Both the position numbers and the translations under genes were made by a program. A stretch of 64,000 nucleotides of DNA. Origin: an uncultured Pseudomonadales bacterium. Its GTDB lineage: Bacteria; Patescibacteriota; Microgenomatia; UBA1400; UBA1396. Below are positions 29,689-38,361 of this stretch, one piece after another. The first letter of the stretch is position 1. Each line of letters begins with the position of its first letter. The stretch lies in NCBI GenBank assembly GCA_964511175.1, contig CAZEEI010000002.1, forward strand, positions 2,063 through 66,062, given 5' to 3'. The notes below the pieces were generated by a model. That model saw only the letters and a list, made by a program, of their open reading frames with translations. It ran no database searches and was not told the origin of the DNA.

Positions 29689-30446
29689 GGCGCTTCACCT
29701 TTTTGGATCAGCTCGTCCAAATATAACTTGTCCCTCAGAGTATCCATGCACTGCCAAAAACCGCTATGTTTATAAGCCATTAATTGGCCTTCCTGCGATA
29801 GACGCTCTAGTGGCGTTTTTTCTAAAACAGTATCATCCGCTTCGATATAATCAAATATTTGTGGTTCCAATACCATAAATCCACCATTAATCCAGCCGCC
29901 GTCCTCTTTTCTCTTTTCCGCAAAGCTATGAATCCGAGAATGCTCTGCTATATCCAACATGCCAAAGCGGCCACCCGGTTGTATAGCCGTTAATGTGGCT
30001 AACCTTTTATTTTTTCGATGAAACGCTAACAAGTTTTTGATATTAAGATCGCTTATGCCATCACCGTAAGTCAACATAAAAGACTTATCGCCAATATAAT
30101 TTTGGATGCGTTTAACCCGCCCGCCTGTCATAGAGTTTAAGCCAGTATCCACAATCGTTATCTTCCAAGGTTCGGCAACATTGTTGTGTACGGTTATTTT
30201 GCCGCCCTGAGAAAAATCGAATGTAATGTCGGAGCGATGTAAATAGTAATCCGCAAAATACTCTTTAATGAAATGTTGTTTATATCCAGCGCAAATAATA
30301 AAATCGTTAAAACCATAATACGAATAAAGCTTCATGATATGCCACAATATGGGTTGATCACCAATTTCAATCATTGGTTTTGGTTTTAAGTGGCTCTCCT
30401 CAATAATGCGGGCACCAAAACCACCAGCTAAAATTACAACTTTCAT
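29667..30446 (-). CDS. rfbF: Glucose-1-phosphate cytidylyltransferase
   Basis: MKVVILAGGFGARIIEESHLKPKPMIEIGDQPILWHIMKLY matches RfbF/DdhA. The true start is MKVVILAGG (30446). Confidence 0.88.
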   Translation of the reverse strand: MKVVILAGGFGARIIEESHLKPKPMIEIGDQPILWHIMKLYSYYGFNDFIICAGYKQHFIKEYFADYYLHRSDITFDFSQGGKITVHNNVAEPWKITIVDTGLNSMTGGRVKRIQNYIGDKSFMLTYGDGISDLNIKNLLAFHRKNKRLATLTAIQPGGRFGMLDIAEHSRIHSFAEKRKEDGGWINGGFMVLEPQIFDYIEADDTVLEKTPLERLSQEGQLMAYKHSGFWQCMDTLRDKLYLDELIQKGEAPWMKWTK

Positions 30447-30492
30447 ATAACTTCCCAGCATTCTGACAGAGTTGAAGGTTAAAATCAAAAGT

Positions 30493-31449
30493 TTAACCGA
30501 GGAAATAAATAATCACCATTACCATCAAGCCAAAAACAATCACGGCCGTTAGTAATGGTTTGTCGCGCAGCAAAACCCGCTCTGGCGATTCGCCTTCGTT
30601 GCTTTCGTAAACTAACTGCAGGTAACGCATTACGCCGTAGATGACCACCGGTACGGTCGACATCAACCACTTTTGGGCGGTAAAGGCGCGGGGAACAAAG
30701 GACATTAGGGTAGGCAAGGGGCCACCAGTGACAGTATCTTCGTGTTGGAAAGCAAAAAGGGCGTAAGTCAGCCAAGTAGCGTTGGCGAACATGCTGGTAT
30801 AAATATCCAGCAAGCGGGTCGAGTATTTTTCCAGCGAGCGCCGCGCGGCAAAATTAATTTTTTCCGGCTTGTTTTCTGAACCGGCCAGTAAAGTACGTTC
30901 ACTTTGGCGTTTACCTACCGCCAAAAATAGTGAGGCCGAAATAACGGTAAGGAGAAACCAAACACTCATGTGGAGATTAACTACCACCGCGCCAGCGTAA
31001 ATGCGGATAATAAAGCCTGTAGCGATAGTTAAAACATCTAAAATAGCAATGTGCTTGAGGTAAAAGGAATACGCCAACTGTAAAGATAGATAGCTAACCA
31101 TTAGTAGAAAAACAAAAGGCGAGAGTAGCCAAGACCCGGCAAAAGCAATGGCAATCGCCCCAATTGCCACCGCGCTAGCCGTAGATACGGCCAGTTTGCC
31201 GGCGGGGATAGGTCGCTTTTTTTTAAAAGGATGCTGTTGATCCGACTTCCGGTCGATAATATCGTTAACGATATATATTCCTGAAGAAAGAAAACAAAAT
31301 AGGAAAAAGATAGCGGTAACCCGCCCAAAGTAGGCCGGAAAATTGTAAAAGAAAAAACCGGAAAAAATTAACGACGCAAACACCGACACGTTCTTAAGCC
31401 ACTGCCGTGGCCGAGCCGTTTTAAGGATATAGTAGGCGGTTTGGACCAT
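30493..31449 (-). CDS. UbiA-family polyprenyl-phosphate prenyl/phosphoribosyl transferase (decaprenyl-phosphate phosphoribosyltransferase-like)
   Basis: Polytopic protein with the UbiA aspartate-rich motif VNDIIDRKSDQQHPFKKKRPIPAG. Its size and cell-wall glycan context resemble the DPPR synthase subgroup. Confidence 0.7.
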   Translation of the reverse strand: MVQTAYYILKTARPRQWLKNVSVFASLIFSGFFFYNFPAYFGRVTAIFFLFCFLSSGIYIVNDIIDRKSDQQHPFKKKRPIPAGKLAVSTASAVAIGAIAIAFAGSWLLSPFVFLLMVSYLSLQLAYSFYLKHIAILDVLTIATGFIIRIYAGAVVVNLHMSVWFLLTVISASLFLAVGKRQSERTLLAGSENKPEKINFAARRSLEKYSTRLLDIYTSMFANATWLTYALFAFQHEDTVTGGPLPTLMSFVPRAFTAQKWLMSTVPVVIYGVMRYLQLVYESNEGESPERVLLRDKPLLTAVIVFGLMVMVIIYFLG

Positions 31450-31467
31450 TGAGTTAAGTATAGCAGT

Positions 31468-32535
31468 TTAACGTCGAAAACGAAGGCGGTGGTTGAGCCA
31501 CAGCAATAACAATACGAATAGAGTACCGGCTGCTACTAGAGCGTAGGTTTTGGCTTGACTATTTAATTGCAGGGCGATTAGACCGAATATTAGGGTAGTT
31601 AGCCAATAAAACAGGGCGATGCGCCGCCGGCCCCAACCCAAGTCGAGTAGTCGGTGATGAAGGTGGCCGCGGTCTCCCCAAAATGGTGATTTACCTGCGG
31701 CCAGGCGGCGTGTGACCGTAAACAAGCCATCTGCCGTTGGAATGGCCAGTAGCAACAACGCTGTAGCAATTTTAGCGCCGGAAAGAATAGCCAAAACTGC
31801 CAAAAAATAACCAGCTAACGAACCTCCGGCGTAGCCAGGCATCATTTTTTGCGGATACATGTTCCAAACTAATAAACCGGCGTAGGCGCCGCTCACGGCC
31901 AAAGCCAAAGCGGTTACTACGCCCTGAGTAATATCGGCTTGAAAACGTAGGGAAAGCAGGGCGATAAAAAAAGCGGCAATAGAGACAAATCCCGGCAACT
32001 GGCCGTCCACTCCCTTGGACCAGTTCACCGCATTCATGTTCCAAACGATCCAGAATAATGCTAGGCCGTTGGCTAGTAAAGCCAAGGTAATTGACCAACC
32101 AAAAATACTCATCTGCCAAGCCTGGCTAGTGAAATCAATAACGCCCGGTCCCACCGGGTTGGTGACAAAATTAATACTTACCCCGCCCAAGATGACGCTC
32201 AAGCCAGCCGCGATGTTGAGCAAGTAGCGTAAATAGGGATTGAGATCATAGTGGTCGTCAAGGGTGCCGCTAATCAGCAAAATTAGAGCGCCGAGGGCGA
32301 TCCCCCACAGAGCGGGCGAAAAGGGTTGGAAGAAAAAACCAGCGGCGACAATACCTGCCATTACCACTAAACCGCCGCCGCGCGGCACTGGTTCACGATG
32401 AGTAGTTTTAGCTTCAGGTTTTTGTTTAGGGTCATCGATCCAGCCCAGTCGTTGGTAGAGAGCGATAACCAGAGGAGCGCTAAGTGTTGCTATCCAGAAA
32501 GATACTAACCAAGGCAGTAAGCGAACTAGGATCAC
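31468..32535 (-). CDS. Polyprenol-phosphate HexNAc-1-phosphate transferase, GT4 family (WecA/MraY-like)
   Basis: Polytopic protein with NAVNWSKGVDG, which matches the NAxNxxDGxDG motif of MraY/WecA, and an HHRLLDLGW C-terminal region. Confidence 0.75.
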   Translation of the reverse strand: MILVRLLPWLVSFWIATLSAPLVIALYQRLGWIDDPKQKPEAKTTHREPVPRGGGLVVMAGIVAAGFFFQPFSPALWGIALGALILLISGTLDDHYDLNPYLRYLLNIAAGLSVILGGVSINFVTNPVGPGVIDFTSQAWQMSIFGWSITLALLANGLALFWIVWNMNAVNWSKGVDGQLPGFVSIAAFFIALLSLRFQADITQGVVTALALAVSGAYAGLLVWNMYPQKMMPGYAGGSLAGYFLAVLAILSGAKIATALLLLAIPTADGLFTVTRRLAAGKSPFWGDRGHLHHRLLDLGWGRRRIALFYWLTTLIFGLIALQLNSQAKTYALVAAGTLFVLLLLWLNHRLRFRR

Positions 32536-32879
32536 AACACCACCTTAGCAATGCGTAAAAAAGCAATCAGCAACATAGTCAATAAGGCTAAGCCACTTCC
32601 TAAGGATAGTGCGGCAACATACTTTTCGTGATCCAAAGCGGTATGGCGGCCAAACCAGAGTGTTGCGGCAGTGATTGCTAGTGCCAAAGCGGGGACACTG
32701 ATAACCCAAATCTTAGGTACCAGCTGTTCTTCACTAACGGTTAGAGAATACCAGAGTGGCAACAACGGCGGCCCCCAAATAAAAAGTAGGATGGCTAAGA
32801 GACTAATTGACCCGGTCAGAACCAAAATAGTACTAACTAACCATTGTTGACCGGGGTGATAATGAGGTAGCCAGGACAT
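32532..32879 (-). CDS. Small 3-TM membrane protein (GtrA-like?)
   Basis: 115 aa, three hydrophobic helices, overlaps both neighbours by 4 nt. Confidence 0.4.
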   Translation of the reverse strand: MSWLPHYHPGQQWLVSTILVLTGSISLLAILLFIWGPPLLPLWYSLTVSEEQLVPKIWVISVPALALAITAATLWFGRHTALDHEKYVAALSLGSGLALLTMLLIAFLRIAKVVL

Positions 32880-32885
32880 GTCCTG

Positions 32886-34424
32886 CTATTGTACCAAGAA
32901 ACGCCGGTAGAGAACCATATCCTCCGTGTTCTCTAGAACAAAATAATTTTGCTGCAGATAAGTCGCTAGCTCTGGTAGGGGGGATTCCTCCTTCATCACA
33001 ATAATCAGGGGCGGTTGGTTGTGTTCGATAGCCTGCAGGGTTTCAGCATAAGCCTGCAAATCTTTAATGTGGAAACTAACCGTAAACCGGCCAGTCGGTA
33101 TCCTTTGGGTAAGGGCGTAAAGCATAGGATTAGTTCCCCAGATGAACAGGCGATCCTCAGGCAGAGATCGGCTCGTAATTAAATCGGCTAAAAGCTGATT
33201 TTGGGTAGTAAGACGGTTGAAATCAGACCAATATTGTTCACGGTTGATTCGGCCAGTAGCGTAATACCAAAATCGATTGTAATAAGCCAACAGTGGCCAA
33301 GAGCGAAAGTTAAGTAAAAATAAAGCACTCAAGGTGATCAACCAAACCGCAACCACCAAACAGCGTTCGCCAAGTTTGGCTTTACGCTGGCTGAATAGAA
33401 TTATGGACAGCACTAGGGGTGGTGCCAGCTGCAGAAGGTAATGTGGGTAGGGTCGGTTAGATAAAAGAGCCGCAAAAAGGGTGGATAGCAACCAAAAAGC
33501 AGACCAAGCAGTGAGGTAGTTGATTTGACGCAGCTTAGTTAATCCGCTGGCCGCGGCAAAGATCACTAACAGAATGAGAGTTTTTCCCGGGAGGGAAAAA
33601 AGCCAGACCAAAATAGGCTGAGTAAAGGGTAAGCTCCAGTTCTGACTATAGTGTAGGTTGTACAGTAAACCGAATTGTAAATAATTGGCTAAAGTGCCAC
33701 GTCCCCAAAAGTAGAGTATAGAGGCTAAGATGGCGGTGATTACACCGGTACCGAAGATCATCATCGGTTGCAAGACTGTCCAGCGCCAACGTTTGGCTGT
33801 CATTAGTTCAAACCAAAACAGAGAAGCTAGGGCGCCAGCATCCAAAAGAGCCGGTACTTTAGTTAAGATACCTAAACCAGCTAGTACACCGGCGGTAAAT
33901 ACTAAATAAAGCCAACGGCGCGTCGGCTGGCGTTCTCTAGTTAATAACCAAAGGGAGGCGGTAATAAAGCCCAAAACAAACAGTTCGCCGTTGGGAACAT
34001 TACCCTCCAAAGCTGGCAAGCTGGTTAAAATAACAAACAGAGTTCCGGCTATTACCGCGGCGATTGGGGTTAATAGACGGCGCGCCGCATGATAGAAAAA
34101 CAAGCTGGCGGCGGCCATCCAGCCAATCAGCAAAAGGCGAAACCAGGTTTGATTAGGCACCATGGCTAACCAGTAAATAAGCGGTGTTTTATGGTCGACA
34201 ATATCAGCATACAAACGCAGACCATGGCGGAGCGCGTGGCCAATCGTCAAATAGATAGCTTCATCGCCATACCAGTAGGGTTCGGCCAGATTGGGTAAAC
34301 GCAGTAGAAATAACAGAACCAATAGGCACAGAGAAACTTCGTGGTGGTTGGCCCATTGCTTTAATTGATCGATCAACTTGCCTAAGCGATTCTGCCAAAC
34401 GGTAATCAAAGCCAGCTGGACCAT
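32886..34424 (-). CDS. GT-C fold membrane glycosyltransferase, ArnT/PMT-like
   Basis: YWYGDEAIYLTIGHALRHGLRLYADIVDHKTPLIYWL, i.e. the DE..Y first-loop motif of the PMT/ArnT family. 512 aa with more than 10 TM helices. Confidence 0.7.
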   Translation of the reverse strand: MVQLALITVWQNRLGKLIDQLKQWANHHEVSLCLLVLLFLLRLPNLAEPYWYGDEAIYLTIGHALRHGLRLYADIVDHKTPLIYWLAMVPNQTWFRLLLIGWMAAASLFFYHAARRLLTPIAAVIAGTLFVILTSLPALEGNVPNGELFVLGFITASLWLLTRERQPTRRWLYLVFTAGVLAGLGILTKVPALLDAGALASLFWFELMTAKRWRWTVLQPMMIFGTGVITAILASILYFWGRGTLANYLQFGLLYNLHYSQNWSLPFTQPILVWLFSLPGKTLILLVIFAAASGLTKLRQINYLTAWSAFWLLSTLFAALLSNRPYPHYLLQLAPPLVLSIILFSQRKAKLGERCLVVAVWLITLSALFLLNFRSWPLLAYYNRFWYYATGRINREQYWSDFNRLTTQNQLLADLITSRSLPEDRLFIWGTNPMLYALTQRIPTGRFTVSFHIKDLQAYAETLQAIEHNQPPLIIVMKEESPLPELATYLQQNYFVLENTEDMVLYRRFLVQ

Positions 34425-34439
34425 TATTCAAGCATAAAA

Positions 34440-34448
34440 TGGTATAAT
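34440..34448 (+). promoter_or_regulatory. Extended -10 promoter element (TGGTATAAT) for ssrA
   Basis: TGGTATAAT ends 14 nt upstream of the tmRNA 5' GGGG. Confidence 0.45.
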
Positions 34449-34462
34449 AGAGAGGTCAATGC

Positions 34463-34875
34463 GGGGATGCATCGACTTGACGGAAAATGCTCGTGAACAT
34501 CGGCGCGTCGGTTGGCCCACGTTAAGGGTCAAAACAACAAAATTGTCAATACTTTTGACAAAGCCGTTGCCAAGGTTAAGTCTACTTTTAACGAAGTAGC
34601 TATGGCCTTCTTCGGTACTGGTGAGCTCGCTACTTTAAAAATAGCGTAACACTGGTCATTCATTCGTTCGGTTTCAGATACGCCGGCGGATGGGTGAAAA
34701 CCTAGTATCTGTTCAAGACATAGCGGTTTGGCCGCCGCTGGTCCCACGTTTAAGGGTCAGCGCGAGACAGGGTTCGGTTAGTCTTTCCCTTCTCGTCCGA
34801 GCTAAGGCTAAATTACACGCGTAGATGATGTTGACTTGGTTTTTCGGACTCGGGTTCATTACCCGACATCTCCAC
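34463..34875 (+). ncRNA. ssrA: tmRNA (transfer-messenger RNA, SsrA)
   Basis: 5' GGGGATGCATCGACTTGACGG aligns with the canonical tmRNA 5' end (GGGGCUGAUUCUGGAUUCGACGGG). The 3' end TTTTTCGGACTCGGGTTCATTACCCGACATCTCCAC aligns with the canonical T-arm/acceptor (UUUCGGACGCGGGUUCAACUCCCGCCAGCUCCA). The acceptor stem GGGGATG/CATCTCC carries a G3:U70 pair, the alanine identity element. An internal tag reading frame ends ...GAGCTCGCTACTTTAAAAATAGCGTAA (stop at 34647-34649). CCA is not fully encoded. Confidence 0.85.
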
Positions 34876-34876
34876 T

Positions 34877-35380
34877 TTACGGCAAGCCGGCGGCCAGGTG
34901 CTGTCGGCTTTTTTGGAGTCGGTAACGAAAATCTGGATCACGCCAAAGTCGATGAATGGGAGGATCTCCCTGAACCAGGTTCCAGCAACTAACGGTGAAG
35001 TTACGTAATTCTTGATTAGATTGATAATAGGGTGCCGTTGCTTCTAAACCGAAAATAATTTGACAACGCAGGCCACTCACTACTTTTTGAATAAATTCGA
35101 TGGTGGGGTTAGTTTGCAGCGTTTCTAATCGTGAAATATCAGGTTGAGATAGACCGATTCTTTGAGCCAGTGCGGCTTGGGTTAAGCCTTGTCCGATTCG
35201 CTGCCGCCGGATTTGTTGAGTGATTTGCCACTTTAGATCGCTAAAACGGAGTTCATAGAGGATTTGTTCATATTCTTGTACCTGCTCAAGGCGATGGCCA
35301 TATCGCGAACGTGGTTTACCACGTAGAGGGGAAGTGTGTCGTTTTAACATAGCCCCATTTATAGCGTGAAAAACATACAC
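34877..35380 (-). CDS. XRE-family helix-turn-helix transcriptional regulator
   Basis: HTH_XRE-like segment LTQAALAQRIGLSQPDISRLETLQTNPTIEFIQKVVSGL. The stop lies 2 nt from the tmRNA 3' end. Confidence 0.55.
   Translation of the reverse strand: MYVFHAINGAMLKRHTSPLRGKPRSRYGHRLEQVQEYEQILYELRFSDLKWQITQQIRRQRIGQGLTQAALAQRIGLSQPDISRLETLQTNPTIEFIQKVVSGLRCQIIFGLEATAPYYQSNQELRNFTVSCWNLVQGDPPIHRLWRDPDFRYRLQKSRQHLAAGLP
34885..34914 (+). terminator. Putative intrinsic terminator downstream of ssrA
   Basis: AGCCGG...CCGGCT inverted repeat followed by TTTTTT. It sits on the strand opposite the last codons of the XRE gene. Confidence 0.35.
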
Positions 35381-35488
35381 AATGATTACGTATCTTTAGT
35401 AAAAAGACAACATCTATCAATGTTTATTCTGGTTAAAAATCCGAAATTATAATATTTAATTATTGGCTTGAGTAATAAACTACGTTGC

Positions 35489-37807
35489 CTATATGCGTTT
35501 CACGTTATGCAACAACTGCTGAAAAAAAGAATGATATCTCTGCCTACTAAATATCACTGCTGTAGTCATTAGCAACGCTGTCAGTATGCTAATAGTAATT
35601 CCCCAGCTTATTTCCTGCGGCCAGTATTTTAGTTTTATTTGGTTTTCACCATTAACGATGGTAATACGGCGCATTCCCTGCCAATTTTGTACTTCTATCG
35701 GTTGGCCGTTAACAGTGGCTTGCCAGCCTGTTTCGTAGCGGTCGGCAATGATTAATCGCGAATGATTATTCTGATTTTGCAGAGTAAAAGAAAGCGAGTT
35801 GGGTGTTTGCGTAAAATCACCTAGCTCAACGGCTGTATTGTCCTCAAAACGAAAACGAGTCGCAGCCGGTAATTCATAAATAGTCCAATTTTGATTTTCG
35901 TAAACCACGGGATAATTAATCGGTTCTTTAGGCGAAAACCATTTATCGACCACGTAATACTTAACCGACCAATTGGCTAGTAATGAGTTATTCAGAGCGA
36001 TTGGTGATAACAAATTGATCCGCGATTCGATTTCCAGTGGTTCCCAAATTCGCTGGTAATCGGTTGGTAACAAAGTGGTATAACCATTAACTACCGGAAC
36101 ACCAGCCACCAGATTCCAGTCTGGGGTTAAACCATCGCGCAAACGCCGAAGATGCTGGCTACTACGTTGTTCGGCACTATCCACAAAGGAGTCGGAAAAA
36201 GGTGCCCGAACCGCCACAGCTTCCCAATAGGAACCGTAATCGGTATAGGGTTGATTAAGGTTGCGCGTTAGTGTGCGGTATTGATGGTCGTGCAGGGGTT
36301 TAATCTGGGTCAACTGGTTAAAATGAGTGGGAGTGGCATAGACCTCGTTTTGGGCAAATAATAATAAAGCTTGGGAGTTAATCACTCCCTCCAAAATCAG
36401 GACGGCAGTTAAAAGAGGGAAGACTTTATGCCGCCAGAGTTGCCACGTTAGCCAGCCGAAACCAGCATTAATAGTTAAATTGACGGCAATCAGACTAATA
36501 ATTAAGCGGTCGCGTGCTAGGGTGTGAAAAGGACTAAGACTTAGTTTATGTTGGACTAGCCAATCGACCCATTGCCAGCTCTGATCAGGATACAAACGCC
36601 AAAAAAGCAAAGTAACTAAACCGGTTAGTAAAACTATTACCAGTCCGGGGTTAGCCCAGCGGTATAACCAACGCGGCGGCTGCCAGTGGGCAGCCGCCGC
36701 CGCCACTAACACCAAACCAAAAATTTCGGTAATAATTAACCAAGAACTGGGATAACGTACCATGCTTAATCCAGGAATATTGGTCAGCAACCAAAGATAT
36801 CCTGGCAAGCGGCTACCAAAAGATAAACCTAAACTTGCCAATGTTCCCCAGATGATTAAACGGTTAAGTCGATTGCGCCATAGTTGGCGCCAGTTGGTAG
36901 TGATTAACGCGGCCAATCCCAGCCAACTAAAAAAGGGCATGGCAGTAGGGTAAAAGTTCCAATTAGGCCCCCACCGAATGCCAAAAAGAGGAGCATCAAA
37001 GAAATATGGTAGGACGATTTTAATTAATTCGGCCGGATGTAAGGAGCCGCGCACCGCTTGGGCTGCTGACTGTAGCTGGCGAGTGGAAGTTAATAAGGTG
37101 GTGATAAATGGTAGAGTTATTGCCGCCGTCAGGCCGAGTGCTAAGCCCACTGCTGCAGTCCAAGCACTAAACCAGCGACGCCAATGACGATCAACCTTAG
37201 CCAGGGAGAGCCAAGCCGCCGCGGGCAAACTGATTAACAAATGTTGCGGATAACCGGCGCCCACCTGTCCGGCAATGAGCAGAGTAAAACGCAAAATCGG
37301 CCAAAGACGCCACTCTAGATTTAACCCACCCCAAATAATCCAGGGAAACCAACTGAGTGACTGGAGCGTCGCTAAATTATTAGCGCTTCCCACCCATAAG
37401 CTTGAACAGGCCCATAAACCAGCCGCGACTAGTGACCACCAGTGGTGTTTGGTTATCGATTTAGTCAGGAGATACATACCAACGCCGGTAAAGACAAAAT
37501 AAACCAAAACAATAAAATTAAGAGCCAAAGCGGGTGGCAAAATAACAAAAGGTAGCACGGTGGGAGAAAATGGTGTTTGACTAATATCGCCTACCCAATT
37601 AAGACCAGAGAATAGTAGGGGGTTCCACAGTGGCCAGACGCCCCGACGCAGCCAGTACGCTGTCCAAATTTTTCCCGGCATTAGTAGAGAGTAATTATCA
37701 CCAAAGAAAAGGGTTTGTCCTAACCAAAAGGGAAAGTAACGCAGTGATGCCGCGCCCAGCATAAATAAAAAAGTTTGACCAAGCGATGATCGTAACCACG
37801 CTTTCAC
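35489..37807 (-). CDS. Large polytopic membrane protein, YfhO-like GT-C glycosyltransferase
   Basis: 772 aa. The N-terminus has FFGDNYSLL...P.WNPLLFSG, a pattern I recall as typical of the YfhO family (unverified), followed by more than 12 TM helices and a C-terminal extracytoplasmic domain. Confidence 0.55.
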   Translation of the reverse strand: MKAWLRSSLGQTFLFMLGAASLRYFPFWLGQTLFFGDNYSLLMPGKIWTAYWLRRGVWPLWNPLLFSGLNWVGDISQTPFSPTVLPFVILPPALALNFIVLVYFVFTGVGMYLLTKSITKHHWWSLVAAGLWACSSLWVGSANNLATLQSLSWFPWIIWGGLNLEWRLWPILRFTLLIAGQVGAGYPQHLLISLPAAAWLSLAKVDRHWRRWFSAWTAAVGLALGLTAAITLPFITTLLTSTRQLQSAAQAVRGSLHPAELIKIVLPYFFDAPLFGIRWGPNWNFYPTAMPFFSWLGLAALITTNWRQLWRNRLNRLIIWGTLASLGLSFGSRLPGYLWLLTNIPGLSMVRYPSSWLIITEIFGLVLVAAAAAHWQPPRWLYRWANPGLVIVLLTGLVTLLFWRLYPDQSWQWVDWLVQHKLSLSPFHTLARDRLIISLIAVNLTINAGFGWLTWQLWRHKVFPLLTAVLILEGVINSQALLLFAQNEVYATPTHFNQLTQIKPLHDHQYRTLTRNLNQPYTDYGSYWEAVAVRAPFSDSFVDSAEQRSSQHLRRLRDGLTPDWNLVAGVPVVNGYTTLLPTDYQRIWEPLEIESRINLLSPIALNNSLLANWSVKYYVVDKWFSPKEPINYPVVYENQNWTIYELPAATRFRFEDNTAVELGDFTQTPNSLSFTLQNQNNHSRLIIADRYETGWQATVNGQPIEVQNWQGMRRITIVNGENQIKLKYWPQEISWGITISILTALLMTTAVIFSRQRYHSFFQQLLHNVKRI

Positions 37808-38352
37808 TTAACCGCCTTGAGAAAAATATTTACTCCCAACTCCCAGTACCCTACTTGGGCGACTTGCAGGCCGGCCGATTTAACTATTTTGCGTAGCAGA
37901 TGAGGTGTGAAGTAGGTCTCGTGTTGTTCAATCATTTCATCACGCACCAGACCAATTTTAGACATCACGTCAAGAATTGGTTTACCGGCTGGGGATGGTA
38001 CGGTAATCAGTAAAACTCCGCCAGGTTTGAGAATACGGGTTATTTCCTTAATAGTGCGTTCAGGATGGGGCAGGTGTTCCAAAACAGCTAGCATAGTAAC
38101 GGCGTCAGCGACATGATCGGGAAGGGGCAATTTTTGGGTTAAATCGGCATGCCGAATTTCGACATTAGCGAACTTCTGCGGTTTGGCCACAATATCCAAA
38201 CCATACACTTTTTTCATTCGTCCCATTTGCCGTTTTACTAACACCATTTCTTCATCACAGCCTAAATCGACCAACACGCCGCCAGAAGATAAATGCGGTT
38301 CGACCTTTTTGATTCTTAACCACTGGAGTAGAGGTTCAATGCCAGCTTGCAT
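37804..38352 (-). CDS. Class I SAM-dependent methyltransferase
   Basis: VLVDLGCD motif I and a Methyltransf_11-like VLEHLPHPERTIKEITRILKPGGVLLITVP. Confidence 0.8.
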   Translation of the reverse strand: MQAGIEPLLQWLRIKKVEPHLSSGGVLVDLGCDEEMVLVKRQMGRMKKVYGLDIVAKPQKFANVEIRHADLTQKLPLPDHVADAVTMLAVLEHLPHPERTIKEITRILKPGGVLLITVPSPAGKPILDVMSKIGLVRDEMIEQHETYFTPHLLRKIVKSAGLQVAQVGYWELGVNIFLKAVK

Positions 38353-38361
38353 ATTTTTTCC

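Noticed and set aside
34529-34747. 72-aa minus-strand ORF in the gap between the GT-C gene and the XRE gene
   Set aside because: It lies antisense inside the tmRNA gene identified at 34463-34875, so it is an artefact of the ORF track.
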